Below are positions 28,856 through 39,965 of a stretch of DNA of 64,000 nucleotides, in pieces. The translations under genes were made by a program, and so were the position numbers. Origin of the DNA: Chlamydiia bacterium (lineage in GTDB: Bacteria; Chlamydiota; Chlamydiia; Chlamydiales; Rhabdochlamydiaceae); assembly GCA_963804085.1 (NCBI GenBank), contig CAWDOQ010000016.1, positions 75,288 through 139,287 of the forward strand. The letters run 5' to 3'. Positions within the stretch are counted from its first letter, which is position 1. Every line of letters begins with the position of its first letter. A model generated the notes under the pieces. It did no database searches, was not told the origin of the DNA, and saw only the letters and a list, made by a program, of their open reading frames with translations.

Positions 28856-29359
28856 ATGACATCTTTGATAAAAAATGAGACGCCCAAGTATTCATTCGAA
28901 TTCACGGGAGCCATGGTTGAGCTAATGACAAGCGATACATGGACGGATTTTATTGAACTAAGCATGGAAGAAAGAGAGGTACGTCTTACAATCGAGGACA
29001 TTGATAAACAGAGAACAAAAATCATCGATTACTTAAAAACAGAAAATGCTCTTTATCCAAGCCCTGAGGATCTCCATTTTTTTGTTGTGTATGCAAAACA
29101 ACAAAAACTGGTCGATCTCACAAAACAAAGAAAGGAGCTAAACAGCTACTTTAATGACACGCTCCGATCCAAACTGAATACCATATGGAATGAGATGGAT
29201 GCTACACTCGGAAAGATCGACCATGCACAAACGAAGTTATTCATGGGCAATGACGTCAATGCGCTTGTAAGAAATCTCTGGCAAAAAAGAATCTCTCCTC
29301 TTCCGAAGGCTCACACTCCAAAGGAAGAGACTAAAGAGTCTAAATCTCCCTCGGGTTAA
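28856..29359 (+). CDS. Hypothetical helical protein
   Basis: 167-aa ORF with AAGGAG RBS. Confidence 0.65.
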   Translation: MTSLIKNETPKYSFEFTGAMVELMTSDTWTDFIELSMEEREVRLTIEDIDKQRTKIIDYLKTENALYPSPEDLHFFVVYAKQQKLVDLTKQRKELNSYFNDTLRSKLNTIWNEMDATLGKIDHAQTKLFMGNDVNALVRNLWQKRISPLPKAHTPKEETKESKSPSG

Positions 29360-29398
29360 TTGCTTCTTCTACTATACTCTTCGAAAAGGTTGTAAAAG

Positions 29399-31144
29399 AT
29401 GATTAAACTTAGCGACATTGGTATTTCTTTTGCCGGCCACTTCTTGTTTGAAGGGGTCTCACTTACGCTTCAGAAAGGAGAACGATGCGGGCTAATCGGG
29501 CGCAACGGCTCCGGCAAATCTTCACTCATACGGATCATGACGGGCGAGATGGAAGCCGATCGCGGCTCGGTGTCGATCCCTAAAAATTACCGAATTGGTT
29601 ATTTGGAGCAACACATCCGCTTCACGCAGCCTACACTTCTGGAGGAAGCCGCATTAGGGCTGCCGGAAGATGAGAAGGAGATGCTGTATAAGGCCGAAAA
29701 AATTCTGTTTGGTTTGGGCTTTACGGAAGAGGATTTGGCAAAGCCTCCCCAACTCTTCTCCGGCGGCTACCACCTGCGTTTGCATCTTGCGAAGGTGATC
29801 ATCTCAGAACCAGATTGTCTTTTGCTCGATGAGCCCACCAACTATTTGGACATCGTTTCGATTCGCTGGCTGATGGACTTTTTAAACGAATGGCCGGGCG
29901 AGTTTATTTTAATCTCGCACGATCGTGATTTTATGGATCGGGTGACGACGCATACAATTGGTATCCATCGAAGTAAAGTACGTAAAATAAAAGGGAGCTC
30001 GCTCGATTTCTTTGGTCAGATTCTTATAGAGGAAGAAGTGCACCAAAAAACGCTTGTGAAGATGGAAAAAAAGCGCGCACACATGCAGAGTTACATCGAA
30101 CGTTTTGGAGCAAAAGCGAGTAAAGCCTCTCAGGCGCAATCGCGTGCAAAAATGCTCGCAAGAATCCCAGCGATAGAGCAGTTGAACGCACTATCAGAGC
30201 TCTCCTTCTCGTTTCAAGAGGCTCCCTTTCCGGGTAGAAAAATGGTGGAGGCGAAACATCTCGCTTTTTCTTATGGACCAGACCCTCTTATTGCAGATTT
30301 TTCTGCCGAGGTTGAAAGAGGTGAACGAATCGCGATCATCGGAAAAAACGGGTATGGAAAGTCGACGCTTCTTCGTCTCATTGCAGGTGAATTAAATCCG
30401 CAAACCGGACTAATCGAAATCTCTGAAAACACGCGCATCGGTTATTTTGGACAAACCAATATCGACACCCTCAACAAGCAGCACACAATCGCCCAAGAGA
30501 TTTCTTCGGCCAATCCCCTGCTCAATGATACAGCGGTCAAATCGATCGCAGGGACGATGATGTTTAGCGGCGATGCATCGTTAAAAAAGATCGGAGTGTT
30601 GTCAGGTGGCGAAAAGAGCCGCGTGCTCTTAGGAAAGATTCTGGCCAAGCATTGCAACCTGCTCCTCTTAGACGAGCCTACGCACCATCTGGACATCGAA
30701 TCGATCGAAGCACTCATCGATGCACTCGAAGAGTTTTCGGGGACGATTGTGATGGTAACGCATAGCGAACTGATTTTAAGACGCCTTAATTTAAATAAGC
30801 TCGTCGTCTGCAAGCAAGCGCACCAGTCCCTCTTTTTAGGAAACTATGATGAGTTTCTAGAAAAAGGGGGATGGGATGAAGAGCAAAAAGAGGCTTCTCC
30901 TATCAAACAAAAAGCTGCTGCACCCTCGACCCCTAAAAAACCCTCCTCCCGACATCTGGAAAAAGAGATCGAAGCTTGTGAAAAACAGATTGCAGATCTG
31001 GAGAAGCTACAAGCAGAAGCTCAAGCCGCATTCGAACGCGGCGAGCACAACCCCGAATTCTTAAAGACTTTGACTGAGCGGCAAAAAGAACTCGACGCCC
31101 TCTTGGCCAAGCGCGACGCCCTCTACATTAAATTGTCTGAGTAG
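29399..31144 (+). CDS. ABC-F family ATPase
   Basis: Two ABC domains (GRNGSGKS/FSGG/LLLDEPTN; GKNGYGKST/LSGGE/LLLDEPT), no TM segments, C-terminal coiled coil. Confidence 0.95.
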   Translation: MIKLSDIGISFAGHFLFEGVSLTLQKGERCGLIGRNGSGKSSLIRIMTGEMEADRGSVSIPKNYRIGYLEQHIRFTQPTLLEEAALGLPEDEKEMLYKAEKILFGLGFTEEDLAKPPQLFSGGYHLRLHLAKVIISEPDCLLLDEPTNYLDIVSIRWLMDFLNEWPGEFILISHDRDFMDRVTTHTIGIHRSKVRKIKGSSLDFFGQILIEEEVHQKTLVKMEKKRAHMQSYIERFGAKASKASQAQSRAKMLARIPAIEQLNALSELSFSFQEAPFPGRKMVEAKHLAFSYGPDPLIADFSAEVERGERIAIIGKNGYGKSTLLRLIAGELNPQTGLIEISENTRIGYFGQTNIDTLNKQHTIAQEISSANPLLNDTAVKSIAGTMMFSGDASLKKIGVLSGGEKSRVLLGKILAKHCNLLLLDEPTHHLDIESIEALIDALEEFSGTIVMVTHSELILRRLNLNKLVVCKQAHQSLFLGNYDEFLEKGGWDEEQKEASPIKQKAAAPSTPKKPSSRHLEKEIEACEKQIADLEKLQAEAQAAFERGEHNPEFLKTLTERQKELDALLAKRDALYIKLSE

Positions 31145-31284
31145 CGCAACTCATCTTCAATGATTTGAGATTTTCTTTCTTACTCTGTGGCCTCTGTTTC
31201 GACTTTAGGATTTTTTTAAGAAATTGAAGAGTAAACGCTACGCGAAGCCCTAATCTTGTCATCTCTGAAGTATTCATGGTTTCG

Positions 31285-31561
31285 AATTTCATAAACGCAG
31301 AGGAGACGCCCGAGACACTAAGACGCTGAGATCGCCCCTTTTACATAGTAAACAGAAGAAGAACGAAATGTTTTTAAGAAAGCAAGGAAGTTCAAGGGTT
31401 TTGCCGGCGATTAGCTTCCTTGCTTTCTTAAAAACATTTCGTTCTTCTTCTGTTTGAACTTCGTTCAAAAGGGACGATTGGAGCTCCTATGCATTCTGTT
31501 TAAGTCCCTCGCATTTCTCAGCGTTTTAGTGTCTCGTTTTTTTCTCTGCGTTTATGAAATT
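31285..31561. repeat. Nested long inverted repeat
   Basis: Perfect 41-bp arms 31350-31390/31415-31455 inside imperfect outer arms 31285-31331/31516-31561. Confidence 0.85.
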
Positions 31562-31691
31562 TTTGGGCTAATTAGAAAAGCTGATTTTCCTGATGGTTAC
31601 TGCTTAAAATTTCCTAAAGTCGAGTCTGTGCTCTCTAGTTGATAAGAGGTTTTAGGTGTCATGCACATCCTGTTTATCCCATAATTTATGG

Positions 31692-32546
31692 CTAAAAGCG
31701 TATGACACGACGGTGGCAATAGGGGCTCTTGCCGGTTTTATCGTAGTAGTGTTGGTGGTAATCTTCTGCGGGGTAGAAGGGGCCGGCGGGCTGCACCTCT
31801 GTGACTACTGAAAGACCTGATTTCTTAAGCTGCTGGATCAGCTTTTCTGCCTCCCTCCTCTGCTTTTCAGTCAGGTAGAAGATAGCAGAGCGGTACTGCG
31901 GACCAATGTCGGGTCCTTGCCCATTTTTTTGCGTCGGGTCATGGATCTCGAAAAAGAGTTTGGCGAGCGTCTCATAATCGGTCTTTTCGGGATCAAAAAG
32001 AATCTCAAGCGCCTCCGCATGCCCTGTAAGGCCCGTGCACACCTCTTCGTAGCTAGGATCTATCACATGCCCGCCTGTGTAGCCCACCTGCGACCGGATG
32101 ACGCCGGGCATACCCTTTAAAAGATGCTCGACACCCCAAAAGCAGCCTCCTGCAAATAGAGCTCTCTCATATCCCTCCTCTGTAAATGCGGGAACAAAAG
32201 AGAGGGAGAGGGAGTTGACACAGTGACGCGTATTCTTCGGTGTGAGCTGCTCTCCTAAAAAGACGTGCCCTAAATGGGCTCCGCACCGGCTACAGCGGAT
32301 CTCTGTGCGCATCCCGTCTTTGTCGGTAAGTCTCTGGATACGGCCCGGAATTTCATCTTCAAAACTGGGCCAGCCGCATCCGGAAGAGAACTTATCTTTA
32401 GAGAGGTAGAGAGGGGTGTCGCACTGCTTGCAGACAAACACCCCTGCTCGGTCGAACTGATCATACGTGCCACTTCCCGGCGGTTCCGTTTTACCAAAAC
32501 GGATGATCGCCTCCTCTTCTGGCGACAGACGGTGATAACGTCTCAT
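31692..32546 (-). CDS. msrAB: Bifunctional methionine sulfoxide reductase MsrB-MsrA
   Basis: MsrB GCGWPSF...HLGHVF...RHCVNS followed by MsrA GGCFWG...GHAE...YRSAIF...AEDYHQ. Confidence 0.96.
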   Translation of the reverse strand: MRRYHRLSPEEEAIIRFGKTEPPGSGTYDQFDRAGVFVCKQCDTPLYLSKDKFSSGCGWPSFEDEIPGRIQRLTDKDGMRTEIRCSRCGAHLGHVFLGEQLTPKNTRHCVNSLSLSFVPAFTEEGYERALFAGGCFWGVEHLLKGMPGVIRSQVGYTGGHVIDPSYEEVCTGLTGHAEALEILFDPEKTDYETLAKLFFEIHDPTQKNGQGPDIGPQYRSAIFYLTEKQRREAEKLIQQLKKSGLSVVTEVQPAGPFYPAEDYHQHYYDKTGKSPYCHRRVIRF

Positions 32547-32547
32547 C

Positions 32548-33165
32548 TTACTTATCTACCGGCTTGAAAACGAGTGCAGCGCATGCGCCTCCGAGCAGGT
32601 TTGCCACAAAAAAGATCCAGAGATTGGATAATGCACTGAGCTTCATAACGGTCACGCCCACGGCAACAGCAGGGTTAAAGGCAGCACCGGAAATAGGGCC
32701 CACAGCATAAGCACCGGCAACCACGATAAAACCGATCGCCCATCCGTAGAAGGAGTTGCCCTTTGTCGCTTTGGCCACTGCCACGTTTAAAACTGTGAAG
32801 CAGAGAGCAAAGGTAAAGAGAAACTCTGCAATAAAAGGCTTTAGGAATTCTAATGTCATCGGCGCTTGAGGAGGAGATCCTTTGCAGAAGATCGTCACCC
32901 AGCCCGCTATGATTGCTGCAAGAGTTTGAACTCCCCAGTATGCGGCTAGATTCTTTGAAGAGAGCTTACCGCGTAAAAAAACAGCAAAAGAGACAGCTGG
33001 ATTGTAATGGCCGCCAGAAACATGACCTCCTGCAAAGATCAAAGCTGCAAGCACACCCCCAATTGCAAGCGGCGCAAGCATCCCTGCACTATTGGGATCG
33101 AGCACTGTCATGCCCACAGTAAACACTAAGAAAAAAGTTCCGATAAACTCGTATAGATACTTCAT
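32548..33165 (-). CDS. Aquaporin (MIP family)
   Basis: [24 protein letters not shown] (two NPA motifs). Confidence 0.95.
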   Translation of the reverse strand: MKYLYEFIGTFFLVFTVGMTVLDPNSAGMLAPLAIGGVLAALIFAGGHVSGGHYNPAVSFAVFLRGKLSSKNLAAYWGVQTLAAIIAGWVTIFCKGSPPQAPMTLEFLKPFIAEFLFTFALCFTVLNVAVAKATKGNSFYGWAIGFIVVAGAYAVGPISGAAFNPAVAVGVTVMKLSALSNLWIFFVANLLGGACAALVFKPVDK

Positions 33166-33188
33166 AGATCCTCCAAGGTTAAAAAAAT

Positions 33189-34385
33189 TTATCTTAGAGA
33201 ATTTGCCGCTGAAGTGCCAGCTAAAAAACCTGTCGTCCAGGCATTTTGAAAATTAAACCCGCCTGTGATGCCATCGATATCGAGGATCTCTCCGGCAAAA
33301 TAAAGACCGGGACAGATGCGGCTCTCCATCGTTTTAAAATGGATCTCTTTGAGTGTGACGCCCCCACACGTGACAAACTCCTCCTTGTGGGTAGTCTTGC
33401 CCTGCGTCTCATACGGGTCGGCATGCAGCCTCTCGGCTATTAGATGGAGCTCTTTTAACGAATAGTCATTGAGCCTCTTCTCCTCTTTGAGAAAAAGTTT
33501 CCAGAAGCTCTTGGGCAGGTGAAAGGGATTTTCTGCCAGAAGTGTTTTATGAGGCGCTCGTTTCTTTAATTCTGCAAGCGTTTCTTTTGCAGAGTAAGAA
33601 GGAACCCAATTGATCAGAAGGGTGACTCTATACTCTTGTTCATGCAAATGGCGCGCTGCCCATGCAGAGAGCTTCAATGCTGCAGGCCCGCTAAACCCAA
33701 AGTGGGTGATCAAAAGAGGTCCTCTTTGCGTATGTTCTGTTCCTTTGATCTTTATCTCGACCAGATCAAATGAGACACCACTGAGCTCTTGCAAAGGAGA
33801 ATTAGGAACATTGAATGTGAAGAGCGAAGGAACCGGCGACTGGATTGAGTGGCCGAGACTGCTTGCCCAAGCATGGCCTTCGGGCTTGCTTCCAGAAGCA
33901 AGGATAAGTTTTTTGCATGCAAAGAGGCTGCCGGCTTTTGTATGCAAAATAAATCCAGCTTCTGTTTTTTCGATTCTTTCGATCCACTCTCTTAAACGGA
34001 TTTCGACTCCCAATTTTTTTGCTTCATCCAGAAGAGCCGTGATAACCGTCTCTGAGCTATCCGTGATAGGAAACATCCTCCCATCCTCTTCGGCTTTTAA
34101 AAAGACGCCTCTGGATTCAAACCACTTTATCGTCTCTTTGGCTTGGAAACGGTTAAACGGCCCTAAAAGCTCCTTTTCACCGCGTGGGTAGTGTTTTGAA
34201 AAAAGATGCGGGTCGAAACAGGCGTGCGTCACATTGCACCGCCCCCCTCCAGAGACGCGGACTTTTGAGAGCAGAACGGCGCTCTTTTCTAAAATGAGCA
34301 CTGCTGCTTCCGGATTGGCTTCTTTAGCTGCAAGCGCTGCAAAAAAGCCCGCAGCACCCCCGCCTATTACAATTAGGTCATACAT
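33189..34385 (-). CDS. HI0933/YhiN (BaiN-like) flavoprotein
   Basis: IGGGAAG, KVRVSGGGRCNVT, THFGFSGPA, VTCGGV, GGFNFQNAWTTG; start taken at MYDL (34385). Confidence 0.95.
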   Translation of the reverse strand: MYDLIVIGGGAAGFFAALAAKEANPEAAVLILEKSAVLLSKVRVSGGGRCNVTHACFDPHLFSKHYPRGEKELLGPFNRFQAKETIKWFESRGVFLKAEEDGRMFPITDSSETVITALLDEAKKLGVEIRLREWIERIEKTEAGFILHTKAGSLFACKKLILASGSKPEGHAWASSLGHSIQSPVPSLFTFNVPNSPLQELSGVSFDLVEIKIKGTEHTQRGPLLITHFGFSGPAALKLSAWAARHLHEQEYRVTLLINWVPSYSAKETLAELKKRAPHKTLLAENPFHLPKSFWKLFLKEEKRLNDYSLKELHLIAERLHADPYETQGKTTHKEEFVTCGGVTLKEIHFKTMESRICPGLYFAGEILDIDGITGGFNFQNAWTTGFLAGTSAANSLR

Positions 34386-34453
34386 AGGGTTAACAGGATA
34401 GCATAGACATGAAATAGAAAGAATTGTATGTATTAAAAAAATAATTAATAAAT

Positions 34454-35476
34454 ATGCGCTCAATAATTTTTGCACTACTTCTACTTATCTCTCCCGCTCT
34501 GATGCATGCGGCCAAGGTGGAAACTGGTTATACCACCTCACCCCCTCAGCCTCTTCCGGTGCCGGTTGAAACGTCGATCTATCTTTGGAAAATCGAAAAT
34601 ATCGACGAAAAAAACCAGACCTTCACGGCCTATATCTATCTGGACCTAAAGTGGCACGATCCGCGGCTTGTCTTTGAAGGTGAATCGGGTAAGCCCATGA
34701 TCTTCACAGAAGACAGCATCGATGAAAAATTTAAAGAGATCTGGTGGCCAGAAACTGACTTTGTCAATGCGATCGAGACATCTGTAAATAACAAGTCTCT
34801 TGCCATCTATCCGGATGGAGAAGTCAACTACTCTTTAAAAATCAGCGGCACCTTTTTCACGCCGATGAACTTCGAGAAATTCCCTTTTGACAGCCAGAGC
34901 TTCCAAATCCACCTCGAATCTTTTTTCTGGATGGAAAATTCACTCAAATTTGTAGTCGATCAGAAAAACACAGGATTTGCACAGGACCTCTATCTGGATA
35001 GATTTGATCTGGAATCGATCGATACTACCGTAAAGGAGAGGAATTATTTAGACCAGACCTACTCCCAGTATGAGTATTCTATCAACCTGAAACGCCACAC
35101 CAAGTTTTACCTCTATCAGATTCTGGTCCCCATGTTCATTCTCCTCGCAATCACTGGCGGGATGTTCTTTATCGATGTCGATGATCTTAGCACCAGCCTA
35201 TTCCTCGGTCAGGGCGCCATCCTGGTCTTGATCGCGATGAAATTTATGATCAATGAGAGCCTGCCTCACATCGACTATTTGACGATCATCGATTATGTCT
35301 TCTTTGCTGCCTATTTCTGTTGCGGCACAGCGACTGCGATCGCGTGCATCCACCACTATATGTGGAGGAAGAAACACCATAAAGCAAAGCTTGCCCAACG
35401 TATCATCTGGATTCCTGTCGTTCTATTCTTGATATTATACTTCTTAATTTTCTATTTTATGCTCACCCGTAGCTAA
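34454..35476 (+). CDS. Prokaryotic pentameric ligand-gated ion channel (GLIC/ELIC-like)
   Basis: Signal peptide; IDEKNQTF...W.DPRL, WWPE.DFVN, FPFDSQ Pro-loop, pre-M1 R, four TM helices, LP..DYLT M2-M3 loop. Confidence 0.9.
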   Translation: MRSIIFALLLLISPALMHAAKVETGYTTSPPQPLPVPVETSIYLWKIENIDEKNQTFTAYIYLDLKWHDPRLVFEGESGKPMIFTEDSIDEKFKEIWWPETDFVNAIETSVNNKSLAIYPDGEVNYSLKISGTFFTPMNFEKFPFDSQSFQIHLESFFWMENSLKFVVDQKNTGFAQDLYLDRFDLESIDTTVKERNYLDQTYSQYEYSINLKRHTKFYLYQILVPMFILLAITGGMFFIDVDDLSTSLFLGQGAILVLIAMKFMINESLPHIDYLTIIDYVFFAAYFCCGTATAIACIHHYMWRKKHHKAKLAQRIIWIPVVLFLILYFLIFYFMLTRS

Positions 35477-35545
35477 AATTATTGATTTCCTTCTAAAAGT
35501 TCTAATCTGTACAATCGCCCTAAAACCTAAATAGGGGTGAATAGA

Positions 35546-36836
35546 ATGGAGAAAACAAAGTCTGGACGCATTGCGCATTTCCGTTGGGTCATTGCAAGTC
35601 TAATTTTTTTTATCACTCTAGTAAATTTTATAGACCGCTCTGCGATCTCCTTTGTCATCGGGCCATTAAAAGAAGAGTTCCACTTTTCTGATACCCAGTT
35701 TGGGATGATCCTCTCCGCCTTTGGCGTAGGTTATATTTTGCTGACAGCCGTCGGAGGTTGGCTAGTAGACAAATGGGGCACGCGCATTGTGTGGCCGCTC
35801 GCTGCTATCGGCTGGTCTTTATGCGTTGGATTTTTAGGCTTTGCCGTCGGTTTCTGGAGCTTTATTTGGCTCCGCTTTCTTCTGGGACTCACAGAAGGAC
35901 CCCACTTCCCTGCGATGTCTCGCGCAATCAGCGACTGGCTCCCCACATCGGAGAGAGCACGCGCCCTCTCTTTGGGGCTTGTCGCCATCCCTCTCTCCTC
36001 CGTAGTCGGCTCCCCCCTCACCTCCTATCTCGTCTCAGATTTTGGTTGGAGAACCATGTTTTTTGCAATCAGCGCCGTAGGTGTTATTTGGGGATTTGTC
36101 TGGTACTGGCTATTTAGAGATAAACCCCAAGACTCTGCCTACATGGGTGAAAAAGAGAAGCAGCTTCTGGCAGCTTCGCACGCCGAAAGAGCCAAGAGTC
36201 AGGACGCCTCTATCGATTGGCGTTTTATCCTCACCCATCCCGCACTTATTGCCAACAATATCGCCTACTTTGCGTTTGGCTACATGCTCTTCTTTGCCAC
36301 GCTCTGGCTGCCCGGGTATTTCTTATCGCAGCACGGCCTTAATTTGAAAAGCGTGGGCTGGTATCTGACCATCCCCTGGCTTGTCGGCGCTCTCTTCTTA
36401 AAATTAGGCGGGATCCTCTCCGACTGGCTCTACAAAAAGACAGGCAAGAGCCGTCTTGCACGCTCTCATATCATTTGGAGCAGCCAACTTGTCGCAGCGA
36501 TCTGCTTCGTCGCTTTAGGCTACACAGAGTCGCTTAGCTCTTCTATCATCTTCTTAAGCTTAGGCTTAGGGTTTGGCCTGATGCCGCAGCCCGCATTTTT
36601 TAGCATCAACATCGACGTCGCAAAAGAGCGCGCAGGCTCGGCTCAAGGCATAACCTCGAGCTGCCTATCAGTTGCGGGCGTCTCTAGCTCCCCTGCTCAC
36701 CGGCTGGCTGATCGACCTGACCGGCAACTACCAGGGAGCCTTCTTCTTGCTCGCGGGCTTGACAGGAATCGCGGTCGTCACCGTCATTCTCTTTCATCAC
36801 CCCGATCGCAAGTGGTGCTGCACAGCAAAGACTTAA
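35546..36836 (+). CDS. MFS transporter (anion:cation symporter-like); frameshift near 36682
   Basis: NFIDRS, GWLVDKWG.R, RFLLG..EGP.FP, WLP..ERA; alternate frame gives LAPLLTGWLID.TG.Y...stop at 36836. Confidence 0.9.
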
Positions 36837-36868
36837 AACAATTGCTGAGTTATTCCCTCTTTCTCAAC

Positions 36869-36906
36869 GTGCCCGTGCCCGTGCCCGTGCCCGCGTGCGT
36901 GCCCGG
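36869..36906. repeat. GTGCCC hexamer tandem repeat
   Basis: (GTGCCC)n; same family with inverted arm at 50612-50690. Confidence 0.7.
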
Positions 36907-36980
36907 CTTCCCGTATAAATTAAAATTTAAATTACAATCCAGGGAGAAACTCCTCCGTTTCACGAAGGAGTTCTTCAAAT

Positions 36981-37095
36981 GCAAAGAGTTAAAACAGAAC
37001 AGGATGGCCAGGATGGATGGGCAGGATGAAGAAAGAATCCTGTTTTTTCTTTCTTTCCTATCCTGCCCATCCTGGCCATCCTGTTTAAACTCTTG
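36981..37095. repeat. Inverted short-tandem-repeat element (ACAGGATG family), copy 2
   Basis: Arms similar to 23317-23455; GCAAAGAGTTAAAAC is the reverse complement of 23441-23455. Confidence 0.75.
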
Positions 37096-37212
37096 TTCTT
37101 TCTTATCCTGTCATTCTGCAGAAACTCTTCTACATTAATTTTTTGTCCGGTAAAGAGATGGCTTTTAAGCCTTTAAAAGGGTAAAATATTAGCTCTATTT
37201 TAAGGAATTTTT

Positions 37213-38655
37213 ATGACTGGAATGCATGCACTAGCTCCAATACCCGATGCTGTCACCAAGATCTCTTGCGGCTATCTAGATCTTATCAGCTTAGGCAAGC
37301 TTGCGCGCGCAAGCTCCAGATTCCATGCACTTGTTGATGCTCCCGACTCTGATTTTGCCAAGATCCAGATCGTCGCCAAAAAATACAGACCGCGCGATCT
37401 TGGCCTTCATATAGAAGATCCTGCCGCCATGCAACCCTCGATGGGTAGTATCGGATTTAATTCTCGCGTAGTAACCTGGCTTGTCGGCTTCCTTCTCGAA
37501 TCCAATTTACATTTTCTTCCCGACCACCTAGTTCTTACGAACTCATCCTATGTTGGAAGATCTTCTAATCGCTTATTCACCCAAGATAGGTTTCGCAACT
37601 TCCACGTGCGTGACCTACAAGGCAACGTGCTTACCACTTATAAATTCGGCTCCTTTATCGCAGATACTCTTGTGGGTTATCAGTCATGCTATGAATTAAA
37701 TCCCCCATTAGGACGAGCACAGATTGCTCTATTAGATGTGACGCCCAAATTACACATTTGGGATATCACTCAACCAGAGGCTCCTCAAAAAGTTCAAGAG
37801 CATAATTTTGAGCATAGCTATCCTCTTGTTGACAACCCTTATCAGTTTGGCAATCTTCTCATTCTAATTCCTAATATTCATAGAGGTAAGGCATTTCCTT
37901 ACACTTACGATCTCTCCCATCCGGAAAATCCACCCCGTCAGCTTTTGCATCCCAAAAGCCACCCATTTTTCTGCACGAGCGCTCGCAACTCCAACCAGTT
38001 CTTTATTCTAGCAGATGCGCGCAAACAGGCGATCGCTTACAGAATTGAAAATGATACTGCTGCACCCGCCTGGGAAGCTGATCTGGTAGCTCTTGGCATT
38101 ACAAAGCCCACCATCATGCTTGCAAATGATCGTTGGCTACTCCTTGGCTCTGACTCTGTAGGAGGAGAAGACAACAGCGGAATAATAACAACTTTTAATC
38201 TCACCATCCTCGATGCAAAAACAGGAGAAAAAAGAGGCGCTTTTTCCCCTTCTCTTCTCCTCACCTCCATGAATCCTAACCACACCCTGCACATTTGGGG
38301 CCACGATATCTTAGTGATAAAAGATGAGAAGATCCTGCACATGTATCAGCTCCCCGATGGAGTCCCCCTTCCTGCTCTTGAGCCAGAAAGCAATGAACTC
38401 ATTCAAGCCCTAACAGACACGCAAGAGCTTACCCTTCTCTACCGCGAAAAAAACACGCTCCACGTCCGCGCCTGCACCTGGACCACTCCCCTTGATGCAG
38501 CGAGCAAAGTGAGCTTGCCGGCTAAGGCAGCCCCTGCCACTCCCGCTCCTGCTCCTCTTGTAGATCCCACCTTCTTGGAAAATCTCTACAGCTGCTTCGC
38601 CGGATTCTTATCCTACTTTACAGACTTCTGGCACTGGCTAAGGAAGCTCTTATGA
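37213..38655 (+). CDS. F-box-like protein 1 of tandem triplet (beta-propeller-like core)
   Basis: IPDAVTKISCGYLDLISLGKLARASSRF; IWD-type repeats; aromatic C-terminal helix. Confidence 0.7.
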   Translation: MTGMHALAPIPDAVTKISCGYLDLISLGKLARASSRFHALVDAPDSDFAKIQIVAKKYRPRDLGLHIEDPAAMQPSMGSIGFNSRVVTWLVGFLLESNLHFLPDHLVLTNSSYVGRSSNRLFTQDRFRNFHVRDLQGNVLTTYKFGSFIADTLVGYQSCYELNPPLGRAQIALLDVTPKLHIWDITQPEAPQKVQEHNFEHSYPLVDNPYQFGNLLILIPNIHRGKAFPYTYDLSHPENPPRQLLHPKSHPFFCTSARNSNQFFILADARKQAIAYRIENDTAAPAWEADLVALGITKPTIMLANDRWLLLGSDSVGGEDNSGIITTFNLTILDAKTGEKRGAFSPSLLLTSMNPNHTLHIWGHDILVIKDEKILHMYQLPDGVPLPALEPESNELIQALTDTQELTLLYREKNTLHVRACTWTTPLDAASKVSLPAKAAPATPAPAPLVDPTFLENLYSCFAGFLSYFTDFWHWLRKLL

Positions 38656-39965
38656 GTGTCACACATGCGCTATCTCCCTTACCCGATGCAATAACCAAGA
38701 TCTCCTGCAGCTACCTGGATCTCGGGAGCTTGCTGAGGCTAGACTGCGTAAGCAGCAAGTTTCATGCCCTAACCCCCTTGATCGAAAAAGATCTGCCCAA
38801 AATCCGCGCGCTTGTACGGAATAGAGGATGGCATGACATAGGGATTAGCCTGATCAGCGAAAGCAATGGAGAATCGCGCATTCATCCCATCGGCAAAGAG
38901 AGTGTTATCGTCGATCCGTTTGAAGCAGATGATCCCAGGATGTTCCTCTTTCGTAAGGGCTCAACCGAAAAACCATTACTATTCGAAAATGAGTCTTTAG
39001 CCGGAAAGTCCGAAAAGCGGATCTTCTCTCTTACGAATGAGAAAGTGCATGTGCGTGACCCCCAAGGCACCTTATGGTGTGCGATTCCTTACTCAGATGG
39101 ATGTGCAGTATATCCCCTCTCTTCTTCTGATGGCCAAGAGCGCGTTCTGCTCTCTCTTAACGATAGGATAGAAGTTTGGGATATCTCAGAAAAGCAAGCG
39201 CCAAAAAAAATCCAAAGTCATAAGCTTCTCCTTCCCATAAACGACGAAATACTACTCGGCGCTGTTTTAGCCATTCTTACCAATAGGAATGGAGAGGAAG
39301 ATAGAGTCACGCTCTTCGCCTTTGATCTGAAAAATTTGGAAAAACGCCCTACGCTCATTTCCCATCCTAAACATGGTAGATTTTACAAAAAAGATCACTA
39401 TTCATCTAACAACTCGAGCCATCTCTTTTTACAAGGAGAGCAGAATAGTCTAGTTGCTTTCAAAGCGATAAATGGCACTTTAGAATACATGTGGGAAATT
39501 CCCAACCCCAGCGGGATATGCTGCGCAAGTGAGAAGTGGCTTATTATTTTGCGTAAAGACACCGCGGGTTTTTTAAACAATTTGCAAGTTTTAGAGCTTC
39601 AAACAGGTGAAATTTCCATGTATAAAAAAAGAGAGCGCAGCACATTAGATTTCTGGGGTGATAATATCTTATCAAAGAGAATTGGAAGGAACATTGACTT
39701 CTTCTATCTTCCCGAATGGAGGCATATCTATACTTACGAAATCGAAGACACCCTTAAAATCGAAGACATCTCTTTTCAAGATGACCAGCTACTCATCCTA
39801 CACAAACTCTCCACAGAAGAACAGCGCGCCACGAGCCTCCCCATCTTCATCTCAACTCAATCCGAAAACAGCAGCCTCTGCGACAAGATATACGCCGCTT
39901 TTTCGCTCCTTTGTTCCTGGCTCCAAGCCCTCTGGCAATTCATTACAAATAAGGGATGTTTATGA
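38652..39965 (+). CDS. F-box-like protein 2 of tandem triplet
   Basis: LPDAITKISCSYLDLGSLLRLDCVSSKF; ATGA-coupled to protein 1. Confidence 0.7.
   Translation: MSVTHALSPLPDAITKISCSYLDLGSLLRLDCVSSKFHALTPLIEKDLPKIRALVRNRGWHDIGISLISESNGESRIHPIGKESVIVDPFEADDPRMFLFRKGSTEKPLLFENESLAGKSEKRIFSLTNEKVHVRDPQGTLWCAIPYSDGCAVYPLSSSDGQERVLLSLNDRIEVWDISEKQAPKKIQSHKLLLPINDEILLGAVLAILTNRNGEEDRVTLFAFDLKNLEKRPTLISHPKHGRFYKKDHYSSNNSSHLFLQGEQNSLVAFKAINGTLEYMWEIPNPSGICCASEKWLIILRKDTAGFLNNLQVLELQTGEISMYKKRERSTLDFWGDNILSKRIGRNIDFFYLPEWRHIYTYEIEDTLKIEDISFQDDQLLILHKLSTEEQRATSLPIFISTQSENSSLCDKIYAAFSLLCSWLQALWQFITNKGCL

Noticed and set aside
31692..36836. msrBA-aquaporin-flavoprotein-pLGIC-MFS as one functional system
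   Set aside because: Mixed orientations and individually common genes; nothing in the sequence links them beyond adjacency.
36682..37138. Long C-terminal extension of the MFS ORF (VPVPVP, RMARMDGQD)
   Set aside because: Frameshift read-through into intergenic repeats; the proper last helices are in another frame ending at 36836.
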